In this document: positions 39,747 to 48,375 of the stretch, piece after piece
Layout of the letters: every line of letters starts with the position of its first letter
Position numbering within the stretch: the first letter of the stretch is position 1
DNA from: Chloroflexota bacterium
GTDB taxonomy: Bacteria > Chloroflexota > UBA11872
Assembly: GCA_022821905.1 (NCBI GenBank)
Contig: JAJECS010000015.1
Span: forward strand, 4,867 to 68,866
Length of the DNA: 64,000 nt
Direction: 5' to 3'
Translations under genes and position numbers: made by a program
Notes under the pieces: model-generated
The model's database searches: none
The model's input: the letters and a program-made list of their open reading frames with translations, nothing else
What the model was told of the DNA's origin: nothing

Positions 39747-39968
39747 ATGACCCAGATCACCGCGCGTGTGCCGGACGAGCTGGCGGAATCGCTGGACGCG
39801 GCGGCGGCAGTGCTCAATCGCAGCCGCGCTGCGGTAGTCCGCCAGGCGCTGGAGCAATACCTGGAGGACTTCGACGACCTGTCCGTCGCGCTGGATCGCC
39901 TGCGGGATCCCGCGGACCCAGTGCTGGACTGGGACGTGGTCAGGCGTGAGCTACTCGGTTCGGATTAA
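39747..39968 (+). CDS. Type II antitoxin, ribbon-helix-helix (RelB/ParD/CopG-like)
   Basis: 73 aa; MTQITARVPDELAESLDAAAAVLNRSRAAVVRQALEQYL; overlaps the toxin gene. Confidence 0.7.
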   Translation: MTQITARVPDELAESLDAAAAVLNRSRAAVVRQALEQYLEDFDDLSVALDRLRDPADPVLDWDVVRRELLGSD

Positions 39969-40206
39969 GCGCAGCGCAGCACGAGATCTGGCCCGTATTC
40001 CCCAGCCGACAAGGGCGCGCTTGGCCCGGGCAATCGACGGCCTGGGCGAACGACCCTTGGCGGGCGTGGCCCTCAAGGGCGGGATGCGTGGATTACGCCG
40101 CCTGCGGGTTGGCGCCTACCGCATCGTGTATGAGCTGCTCGACGACGAACTGGTAGTCCTAGTCGTTCGCGTTGCTCACCGAGCCGGTGTCTACCGCCCT
40201 GTGTGA
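39946..40206 (+). CDS. Type II toxin, RelE/ParE family
   Basis: 86 aa; RelE/ParE-like pattern …RLRVGAYRIVYELLDDELVVLVVRVAHR; GTG start overlapping the antitoxin by 23 bp. Confidence 0.7.
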   Translation: MSYSVRIKRSAARDLARIPQPTRARLARAIDGLGERPLAGVALKGGMRGLRRLRVGAYRIVYELLDDELVVLVVRVAHRAGVYRPV

Positions 40207-40335
40207 GCTATCGGATACTCCCCCACCGCGCGCGCCCTCCCCACGGCCAGGCCGAGCGTCCGCGGTTCCAGGATTCGCCAGGCCGCATAGACTGTCGGCG
40301 TGCATGCCGGGTTCGCCTATTGAAGGGATAGCTCT

Positions 40336-41349
40336 TTGGCCACCGTTGCGTTCATCACCGAGTCCGAAGCCAAGCATCGAATGCCGTACGCCGAGGCCAT
40401 TCGGGACGTGTCGCGGATCGAGGCCGCGCACGTGGTCGACGACGGCGACGACGGCCTGCTCGGCGTCGTCGGCTCGAAGCTGGTGGGCCGTCACGAAACC
40501 GTCGAAGGGTTGCTTGCGGCCGTGCGCCCGGACATGGCGATTGTGTCGCTGGTGGCGTCCAACTCGCCGCCCGCGATCGAGGCGCTGCTCAACGCCGGCG
40601 TTCCGATCATGGCGGAGAAGCCGGCCTGCGTGGATCCCGAAGACTTTGCTCCCCTGGCGCGGCTGGCGGACGAGAAGGGTGTGCCGCTGATGCTGGCGCT
40701 GGCGAACCGGATGCGCCCCGACATGGGCGACGCCCGGCGCATCATCGCCGAGGGTGGCATCGGCGAGCTTTACGCCGTGCGGGCCGTGCAGGTGGCGGAC
40801 CAGACCCGAATCCAGGAGCTCACCGAGCCCGATTGGACGTTCCAGCGCGCCAGGGGCGGCGGCGGACATCTGGTCTGGCTGGGGATTCACTTCGTCGACC
40901 TGATCCGCTATGTCACCGGCTGTGACATCGCGCAGGTGCAGGCGCTGACGGGCGTCGTGGGCGGCGCGCCGATCGACGTCGAGGATCTGGCCCTCGTCAG
41001 CATGCGACTGTCCGGCGGCGCGTTGGTGTCGTTGTTTTCCGGCTATCTCATGGAGGAAAACGGGCATCAGGGTCTGACGATCTACGGATCGCGGGGCTGG
41101 CTCCAAACCGATGCCGCCGCGTCGCCGAAGCTCATGTGGTGCTCGGGCCGCGGCGACGACGCCAAGGTGCGTCGCACGCTCTACGAGGATCGCGGCGCGC
41201 CTTACACCGGCTGGGTAGCCGAGACGCTGCGCGCCTGTCTTGGTGAGATCGAGCCGCCGCTCTCGGCCGCCGACGGCCTGGCGGCGCTGCGCGCGGTGCA
41301 CGCGGCGTATGCTTCAGCCGCGCACGGCCGACCGGAGTCGGTGGCGTAG
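40336..41349 (+). CDS. Gfo/Idh/MocA-like oxidoreductase (divergent N-terminus)
   Basis: EKP-type motif (IMAEKPACVDP) and C-terminal Gfo/Idh/MocA alpha/beta domain similarity. Confidence 0.55.
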   Translation: MATVAFITESEAKHRMPYAEAIRDVSRIEAAHVVDDGDDGLLGVVGSKLVGRHETVEGLLAAVRPDMAIVSLVASNSPPAIEALLNAGVPIMAEKPACVDPEDFAPLARLADEKGVPLMLALANRMRPDMGDARRIIAEGGIGELYAVRAVQVADQTRIQELTEPDWTFQRARGGGGHLVWLGIHFVDLIRYVTGCDIAQVQALTGVVGGAPIDVEDLALVSMRLSGGALVSLFSGYLMEENGHQGLTIYGSRGWLQTDAAASPKLMWCSGRGDDAKVRRTLYEDRGAPYTGWVAETLRACLGEIEPPLSAADGLAALRAVHAAYASAAHGRPESVA

Positions 41350-41458
41350 ATCGTCCACATTCAAGCGCCAATAACGCGAGTTCGGGCGTTCTGCGGCATG
41401 CTTGGCGTCGCGCTCGGCGGATGAATCGGTGCACCTTGCGGCAAAGGACCGGTAAGCC

Positions 41459-43786
41459 ATGAAGATCGTCGGCTATTGCGATCCCCTGCACGTCGCGCCC
41501 GGCGACACGGTGCGCTTCATGGTCAGCAGCGCGCACTCCAGCTACCGCGCCGACCTCGTCCGAGTGGTGCACTGCGACAACAATCCTCGCGGGCCCGGAT
41601 TCAAGGCCCCGATGGTCGAATCCGCGATCAGCGGCGACTACACGGGGCGCGAGCAGGCCATCCGCACCGGCTCCAGCGTGCAGATCCCGTACGCCGACGT
41701 GCTGGGCCGGCTCGACAGCTTCACGGCCACGGCCTGGATCATGCCGACGATGCCCGAACGGGAAGAGGCGCAGGCCATCGTCACGCACGGCCTCGAATCC
41801 CCAGACAGCGCCGGCTTCGGACTGTTCGTGGGCGCCGGCGGCCATCTGGTCGGTCAGCTTGGGGACGGCGCGGGAGGCATGACGGTCGCGGGTCCCGCCA
41901 CGCCGTTAGCCGAACATCAGTGGACCTTCGCCGCCATGACCTATGACGCCGCTTCGCAACGGCTCGCGGTCTACCAACTCCCCAAGCACCCGTGGCCGGT
42001 CGAGCGCGGACGCGGCGTCGCGGTGACATCAGCGCCAGGCTCCCGGCCGCCAGACGGCGCGCCGCTGGTGATGGCCGCCGCGGTCGAGTCCCGCGAAGGC
42101 GACACGGTGCTCACGCACTCACATTTCAACGGAAAGATCGACGCGCCGCGCATCTACGACCGCGCGCTTTCAAGCGATGAGATCGAGGCCCTGGCGCGCG
42201 GCGGGGACTCGCTGGCCGCCGAGGGACTGGTCGCCGCCTGGGACTTCAGCCAGGACATCAGCACCGTCCACGTGACCGACGTGGGGCCGCACGGCCTCCA
42301 CGGACGCGCGGTGCAGATGCCCACGCGCGGCGTCACTGGGCACAACTACACCGGGCGCGAGACGAGCTTCCGGCTCGCTCAAGACGAATATGGCGCCATC
42401 CATTTCCACGACGACGACCTCGAGGATGCCGGCTGGGAGGTCGATTTCGAGCTGACGGTGCCGGACGACCTGCGCAGTGGCGTCTATGCCGCCTGGGTGC
42501 GCTCGGGCGACGACGAGGACTACATCACCTTCTTCGTGCGGCCCGCCGACGATGCTGAAACCGCGCCGATCGGCGTGTTGATGTCGACTGTCTCGTACGT
42601 CACCTACGCCAACTTCCGCGACGTCGACGGCGGATTCTGGAGTCCCGAGCGGGTCCCGAACGCGGATCCCAGTCTGAACCCGGCGGCGCACGACTTTCTG
42701 CGGGCGAACCCGATGCCGGGGCTGTACGACTTCCACACCGACGGGACCGGCGCGGCGCTTTGCTCTTGGAAGCGGCCGATCCTGAACATGCGACCCACCT
42801 ATCGCTACCGCGTCTGGTCGGCGCCGTCGCGGTTCCCGGCCGACCCCTACGTGATCGATTGGCTCGAGGCTCGCGGCCTGGAATACGACGTCATCACCGA
42901 CCACGACGTCCACGCGCAGGGCGCGGAGCTGCTCAAGCGGCACCGCGTCATCATTTCGAGCTCGCATCCGGAGTACTGGACCTCGCCGATGATCGAGGGG
43001 CTCGGGACTTATCTAAACGACGGCGGGCGCCTGATGTACCTGGGCGGCAACGGATTCTTCGGCGTCACCGCCGTCGACCCGAATCGACCTCACGTGGTGG
43101 AGGTGCGGCGCTGGGGCACGAGCTGGCCCTTCGAGCATCCGCCCGCCGAGCGGGTTCTGGCGACAACCGGCGAGATGGGCGGCGCCTGGCGCAACCGCGG
43201 CCGTCCGCCGCAGGCCCTGGTGGGCATCGGCTGCGGCTCGGCGGGGTTCGACAAGGGGTCGCCCTACATCCGACAGCCGGACAGCCACGATCCGCGCGCG
43301 GCCTTCATTTTCGAGGGCATCGGCCACGACGAGCCCATCGGCGACATCCCGTCGCTGGTCGTCAATCACGGCGCCGCCGGCTACGAAATGGATCGGCTCG
43401 ACTTTAGCCTCGGTACGCCGCCGCACACGCTGTTGCTGGCCTCGTCGCTCGGGCATTCCGACAAGTACGTCGGGCTGGCCGACGAGGCGCTCTGGTACAC
43501 CCGCGGCATCGACGGCGTGTCGGTTGGAGATCCAACGACCCCCGGCGAGTACCACCCGTTCATTCGCGCCGACATGACCTATTTCGAGACGCCCAACGGC
43601 GGCGGCGTGTTCTCGGTGGGCTCCATCGCCTGGCGCTCGTGCCTGTCCTACAACGACTACGACAACACGGTTTCACGCGTGACCGAGAACGTCGTGCGGC
43701 GGTTTGCGTCGCCGGAGCCCCTGGCCGAGCCATCGGCCAATCCGGGCGTCATCTCGATGGCCGGCGAGTCTCGCCGGAAGGAGTAG
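41459..43786 (+). CDS. N,N-dimethylformamidase large (beta) subunit-like protein
   Basis: ~775 aa; N-terminal pattern MKIVGYCDPLHVAPGDTVRFMVSS… typical of proteins annotated DMFase large subunit; no small-subunit gene nearby. Confidence 0.6.
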   Translation: MKIVGYCDPLHVAPGDTVRFMVSSAHSSYRADLVRVVHCDNNPRGPGFKAPMVESAISGDYTGREQAIRTGSSVQIPYADVLGRLDSFTATAWIMPTMPEREEAQAIVTHGLESPDSAGFGLFVGAGGHLVGQLGDGAGGMTVAGPATPLAEHQWTFAAMTYDAASQRLAVYQLPKHPWPVERGRGVAVTSAPGSRPPDGAPLVMAAAVESREGDTVLTHSHFNGKIDAPRIYDRALSSDEIEALARGGDSLAAEGLVAAWDFSQDISTVHVTDVGPHGLHGRAVQMPTRGVTGHNYTGRETSFRLAQDEYGAIHFHDDDLEDAGWEVDFELTVPDDLRSGVYAAWVRSGDDEDYITFFVRPADDAETAPIGVLMSTVSYVTYANFRDVDGGFWSPERVPNADPSLNPAAHDFLRANPMPGLYDFHTDGTGAALCSWKRPILNMRPTYRYRVWSAPSRFPADPYVIDWLEARGLEYDVITDHDVHAQGAELLKRHRVIISSSHPEYWTSPMIEGLGTYLNDGGRLMYLGGNGFFGVTAVDPNRPHVVEVRRWGTSWPFEHPPAERVLATTGEMGGAWRNRGRPPQALVGIGCGSAGFDKGSPYIRQPDSHDPRAAFIFEGIGHDEPIGDIPSLVVNHGAAGYEMDRLDFSLGTPPHTLLLASSLGHSDKYVGLADEALWYTRGIDGVSVGDPTTPGEYHPFIRADMTYFETPNGGGVFSVGSIAWRSCLSYNDYDNTVSRVTENVVRRFASPEPLAEPSANPGVISMAGESRRKE

Positions 43787-43789
43787 CCC

Positions 43790-45011
43790 CGTGGCCCAGG
43801 AGTTCGAGCGACACACGCCTCACGACCCGCTGCCCATGCCGCCGCCGATGGATTTTCCGGAGGAAGGCGCGGACGAGTCCGAGGTCTTGAGCGACGTACA
43901 CGCGCGGATTGCGGAGGATCCGTTCTCGGTCGAGCGAAACTTCGGCATCACCTACGTCGGCCCGCCGCATCCCATGGCGGAGCGCGTGGCGACGCTGACC
44001 CGGGGCACCTACTTCGTGGAGTGGGCGCGGCAGATGAACCCCGGCGCCTATGCCTTCGAGAAGGAGGCCATACGCATGATGGCCAGCCTGCTCGGACGGC
44101 CCGAGGCCACGGGCTTCATCACTAGCGGCGGCACCGAGTCCAACATGTCGGCCATGCGGCTGGCGCGCAATCTGGGCGGCAAGTCGGACCCGGAAATCGT
44201 GATGCCGACCTCGGCGCACTACAGCTTCCGGCTGGGCGCGGAGTTGTTGGGAATCGACCTGATCGAAACGCCGGTCGACGAGCAGATGGCTCCCGACATG
44301 GACGCCGTCATGCGCGCCATCACGCCCAACACCGTGGGGTTGATCTGCTCCGCGCCCGAGGGGAATTTCGGTCAACTCGATCCGATCCCCGAGTTCGCCA
44401 AGCTGGCGCTGGAGCACGATTTGTACCTGCACGTCGACGGCGCGTTTGGCGGCTTCATCCTGCCGTTCATGCGCGAGCTGGGCCATGACCTCTGCGATTT
44501 CGATCTCAGCGTGCCCGGCGTCAGCTCGTTCATGACCGACGGACACAAGCTGGGCCAGCTGCCGGTGGCGACCGGATTCTTCCTGATCCGCGACGCGAGC
44601 CTGCTGGAGGCGGTGCCGCTGGATTGGACCTTCATCCACACGCTCACCGCCACCAAGCCGGGCGATCACGCGGCGACCGCCTGGGCCGTGATGCGGCACC
44701 TGGGACGCGCCGGCTACCGGGCGTCCACCGCGCGGCTGCTGGAGTCGGTGCGCATCGTCGTCGAGGGCATCGAGTCCATCGACGAACTGCGGCTGATGGT
44801 GAAACCGCTCATCAGCGTCATCAACTTCACCTCGGACACGGTGGACATGGAGCAGGTGTTCAACGAGCTTTCAGCGCGCGGCTGGGGCAGCACCTTCGGC
44901 CACATGAACGGCCACGCCCGCATCCGCCTGTCGCTCCACCCCTACCGCGACGCCGACCACGCCCACGGGTTTGTGGAAGCGCTGAGGGAGTCGGTTCAGG
45001 CCGCGGGGTAG
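43790..45011 (+). CDS. PLP-dependent group II decarboxylase family protein
   Basis: …GFITSGGTESNMSAMRLAR… and PLP-lysine context SFMTDGHKLG; GTG start 3 nt after the upstream stop. Confidence 0.7.
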
Positions 45012-45029
45012 ACGCTTCCTCGGCAGCAA

Positions 45030-45132
45030 AGGTCCGTCATTCCGGCGAAAGCCGGAATCCAGAATGCCTTATCGGCTGCTACTTGGATTCGGGAGCGAGT
45101 GGCGGCAGGAATGGAGTTTCCGAGCGCAAGTG
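45030..45132. repeat. REP/MITE-like palindromic element, copy 3 (opposite orientation to copies 1-2)
   Basis: GTCATTCCGGC-GAAA-GCCGGAATC perfect hairpin with a GNRA loop, then GGAATGGAGTTTCCGAGCGCAAG; fills the convergent intergenic region. Confidence 0.5.
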
Positions 45133-45137
45133 GGTTG

Positions 45138-48107
45138 TCAGAAGGGCAGATCGTCGGCCGATAGGAGGTCATCGTCCGTTGAGTACTCGTCGAAGGGTCT
45201 GGAATCCTCGGTTGCCCGTGTATCGATAACGTCCACGCGGTTACGCGCGGTGGGGTTGTACTCGTCGAGCAGCTCGTTGACGAATGCGGAGGGCTGCTCG
45301 GCATCCGCAATCAGCCAAGCGCCGCGCTTACCCCGCGTGAGCGCGACGTAGAACACCCGCCGCTCCTCGGCGTGGAGAAACGGCTCCGTTGGTGGTGCCA
45401 CCAAGTCCAAGAGCGGATCATCCTCGACCCGCGAAGGGAAGCCACGCCTCTTGTCGATCAAATCGAGTACAACCACGCAATCAGCCTCCAAGCCCTTTGC
45501 ACTGTGCACCGTGCGGAATCGCACGCGGCCAGAAAGCGCTGAAGGCACCCAGGTTTCCTGTAATACCTTGCGGCTATCTCTGTAACGCCCCAGCACCAGC
45601 ACTGAGGGTGCTTGCGGGTCTCGTGCCGACAACTTCGCGATCTCGCGCAGCGCCTGCTCCAGGCCAACAGCGGGCGATCCAGCCTTGATTACTGTGATAG
45701 TGCCCGCCGGCGGCAGGTGTTTGGCTGGCCGGAGATTGCGCTGCGTCTGCGCCGGATTACGGCGGATAAAGGCGGTCGAGGGCTCCGACACGCCTGGCCC
45801 GAAGCGGAATGTCTGCGTCAACGCTCGTTCCCGCACGTGACCGAGGTGCTTCCCGCAGTCCCGCACGAGTCCCACATCGCTGCCGGTGAAGCGGTAGATC
45901 GACTGCCAGTCATCGCCGACCAGGAAGAACGCCGTGTCTGGCCCGCGCAACGCAGAAAGCAGTTTCATTCGCTCGGCCGAGATGTCCTGGAATTCGTCGA
46001 CCAGCACGTAGCGGTAGGGAGATTGCCAGCGTCCGTCGAGAATGCGCTCGGTGGCTCCGTGAATTTGGTCGTGGAAATCGATTTTCCCCTCGCCCGCCAG
46101 TTGCCGCTCATAGCGCTGCCTCAACTCTTCGAACACTTCCAGGAAAACGCCAGCACGAGTCGGTTCGGCGGAGTCTGCGGCGCGCTGGCGCAATTCGTCG
46201 GCCGTCAACTTGCTCGATCGAACGTGTCGCAGGAATGCATCAAGCACGTATGCCAGCCGCGAAATCACGTATTCGTCGCGCAGCTTCTTGATCACCTGCG
46301 ATGGCGGTAGCGGTTGAAACGTGATCCCATGGATTTCAAGTATCTGCCTGAGCCGCTGCAGCAGCGTGCCTTCCCCGTGCTCCCAGCTATAGGTTTCAAT
46401 CAGGATGGTGCCGTTCCCGCGATGGATGCGCCGTTTCCAGCGGACGCCCTCGGCGTAGCCGGGCCATGGGGCGCTGTCGTCGCGGTCCAGCGCCAAGTGC
46501 TCGAGATAGACGCCTCCGCCATCTGGCAGCGGCACATAGAAGTCGGGGCGGTAGAGGCTTTGGGTGTAGGGATAGTCCCGCTCGTAGTAGAACCGCACAC
46601 TATTGAGTGTGAGGAAATTGGCGACGATCAACTCCTCAAAGCTCTTGACAAGGTCTCCGCTCAGCGCCCGCAACTCGACCCCGCGCACGTAGCTGTCGTA
46701 CTCCTCCTCGGTATCGAAGTCGAAAGGCGAGCGATAGGGGTACAGATGGCTAGTGATGAAGTCGTGCATCGGCCGTGCCAAGCTGGAATCTAGAAGCAAC
46801 GCCTCGAGCTGCCGTTGGATGAACCGCTGCCGACTCGGACCGTCCGAAGCCAATTCCGATACAGGCTTGTCGCGTCCCAGTACACGATTGCCAAAGCTGT
46901 GAAAGGTGCTGGCATCAGCCGCCATCGAAGAGGGCAAGCGTTTGCGGATTTGCTCCGCTGCGTCTGAGTTGAAAGCCAGCACGAGGACTCGGCCAGGGCG
47001 CACGCCGCGGTCGCGCACCAGGTGGGCAACCTTGCCGGTGACTACTGCCGTCTTGCCGGTGCCAGCGCCAGCCAGCACCAGCGTGACGTCTTCGTCGGTG
47101 GCAATTGCCTCAGCCTGCTCGTCAGTCAGGATCGTGTCTTTACTGCCAAGGGTCTTTTGCATGCTTGCGGCAGTTATCTGTACATACTTCGCGTTGGCCT
47201 TCTCGCGGTGGCGCTCGAAGTTCTTTGTCGAGGAGATTTTCGCCAGCCGGTTTAGCAAGGGGCGTTTGTTCTCCGGCAGCCACTTGCGCACTGACTTCCC
47301 TTGCTCGACGGCAACGGCGATGCGCTCGCGAAGCGCCTGCGGTGCACCCGGATGACGGACATAGCGTTCACCTTGAATTAACGCGCTGGCCTCGCAGTCC
47401 AGCGCTGCTAGCTCTGGTGCTAGCCGGGTGGCCTGCTTCTTCCGCGTCTCGGCAGCCTCAAACCTCCGATTAGCCTGCTCGCAGCGGCGCTTGAAGCCGT
47501 CTTTCGAGGAGAGTGGCCGCAGCCGGTTCAGAAACTCAGACTCGCGCTCTGGCAGCAATTCTTGCACCGCCCGAGCTTGCTCTACAGCGGCGGCGATGCG
47601 CTCACGTAGCCCGTTCGCTGCCCAGTGACGGACGTACTGGTTCCCGTCAAAGAAAGCGCTGACTTCCTGATCCAGCGTCGCGAGCCGCGCCGCTAGCCGG
47701 GCGGCCTGCTTCTTCCCCGCCTCTCTAGCCGCATACCGTCGGTTGGCCTGCTCGCAACGACGCTTGAAGCCATCTTTCGAAGCGAGTGGTCGCAGCCGGT
47801 CCAGCAGCCTGCGCTCATTATCTGGCAGCCACTTCCGCAACGCCTCGGCCTCCTTGACGACTCTAGCGATTTGCTCACGCAGCCCGGTCGCGGCTGCCGC
47901 TACTTGACGGACGTGACGCGTGCCGTCGAAGAGCCTTCTAGCCTCAAGGTCCCGCGCCGAAAGTCGCGCTGCAAGCTGAGCGATTTGGCGCTGTCGCCGA
48001 CGCTTGGCACGGTAGGAGACGAGGAGGATCGCTAGGACGAGGACAACCAGCAATCCAAGAGCGACGAGCACCGCGTCGATCATGGCGATCACCGCTTCAG
48101 TGCTCAC
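45138..48107 (-). CDS. Membrane-anchored UvrD/Rep-like superfamily 1 helicase with N-terminal tandem repeats and SSB-tail-like C-terminus
   Basis: Walker A LAGAGTGKT, motif II VLVDEFQD, III FLVGDDWQSIYRFTGS, V TVHSAKGLEADCVVV, VI YVALTRGKR; N-terminal TM helix; ends …SADDLPF; codon usage visibly more A/T-rich than the flanks. Confidence 0.8.
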   Translation of the reverse strand: MSTEAVIAMIDAVLVALGLLVVLVLAILLVSYRAKRRRQRQIAQLAARLSARDLEARRLFDGTRHVRQVAAAATGLREQIARVVKEAEALRKWLPDNERRLLDRLRPLASKDGFKRRCEQANRRYAAREAGKKQAARLAARLATLDQEVSAFFDGNQYVRHWAANGLRERIAAAVEQARAVQELLPERESEFLNRLRPLSSKDGFKRRCEQANRRFEAAETRKKQATRLAPELAALDCEASALIQGERYVRHPGAPQALRERIAVAVEQGKSVRKWLPENKRPLLNRLAKISSTKNFERHREKANAKYVQITAASMQKTLGSKDTILTDEQAEAIATDEDVTLVLAGAGTGKTAVVTGKVAHLVRDRGVRPGRVLVLAFNSDAAEQIRKRLPSSMAADASTFHSFGNRVLGRDKPVSELASDGPSRQRFIQRQLEALLLDSSLARPMHDFITSHLYPYRSPFDFDTEEEYDSYVRGVELRALSGDLVKSFEELIVANFLTLNSVRFYYERDYPYTQSLYRPDFYVPLPDGGGVYLEHLALDRDDSAPWPGYAEGVRWKRRIHRGNGTILIETYSWEHGEGTLLQRLRQILEIHGITFQPLPPSQVIKKLRDEYVISRLAYVLDAFLRHVRSSKLTADELRQRAADSAEPTRAGVFLEVFEELRQRYERQLAGEGKIDFHDQIHGATERILDGRWQSPYRYVLVDEFQDISAERMKLLSALRGPDTAFFLVGDDWQSIYRFTGSDVGLVRDCGKHLGHVRERALTQTFRFGPGVSEPSTAFIRRNPAQTQRNLRPAKHLPPAGTITVIKAGSPAVGLEQALREIAKLSARDPQAPSVLVLGRYRDSRKVLQETWVPSALSGRVRFRTVHSAKGLEADCVVVLDLIDKRRGFPSRVEDDPLLDLVAPPTEPFLHAEERRVFYVALTRGKRGAWLIADAEQPSAFVNELLDEYNPTARNRVDVIDTRATEDSRPFDEYSTDDDLLSADDLPF
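47148..47987 (-). repeat. Three tandem ~275-bp (about 92-aa) repeats inside the helicase gene
   Basis: Repeat units (L/F)FDGxxYVRH…LRExIAxAVEQ…LPxxE…LxRLRPLxSKDGFKRRCEQANRR…KKQAxRLAxxLAxLD; the third copy is degenerate. Confidence 0.7.
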
Positions 48108-48261
48108 ATCGCAACCTCGTCGTGCCGGCCGCCAAACTCCGGCCGTCGCGCGAATCCAGACTCGAGACAGAACAAGAAGTCGTCAGCGCACCTGAAGTTG
48201 AAGGTGGCAGGTGCGGTTCGCGAACCACTCTCCCTATTCTCTACTGCGGCGCCTACCGACA

Positions 48262-48345
48262 CACTCTTTAGATTCTTCGCTTCGCTCAGAATGACAAAGG
48301 AGTCGCCCGGAATGACAGGGAAGTCGTTTGGGATGACAGAAGTAT
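48262..48345. repeat. REP/MITE-like element, copy 1, with three TGTCATYCY direct repeats at ~21-bp spacing (read on - strand)
   Basis: On the - strand: CTGTCATCCC…CTGTCATTCC…TTTGTCATTCTGAGCGAAGCGAAGAATCTAAAG; lies in the 5' region of the helicase gene; creates the spurious ORF 48198..48404. Confidence 0.55.
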
Positions 48346-48375
48346 CGGCCGCATTGTCCCGAAACTGTCACATGG

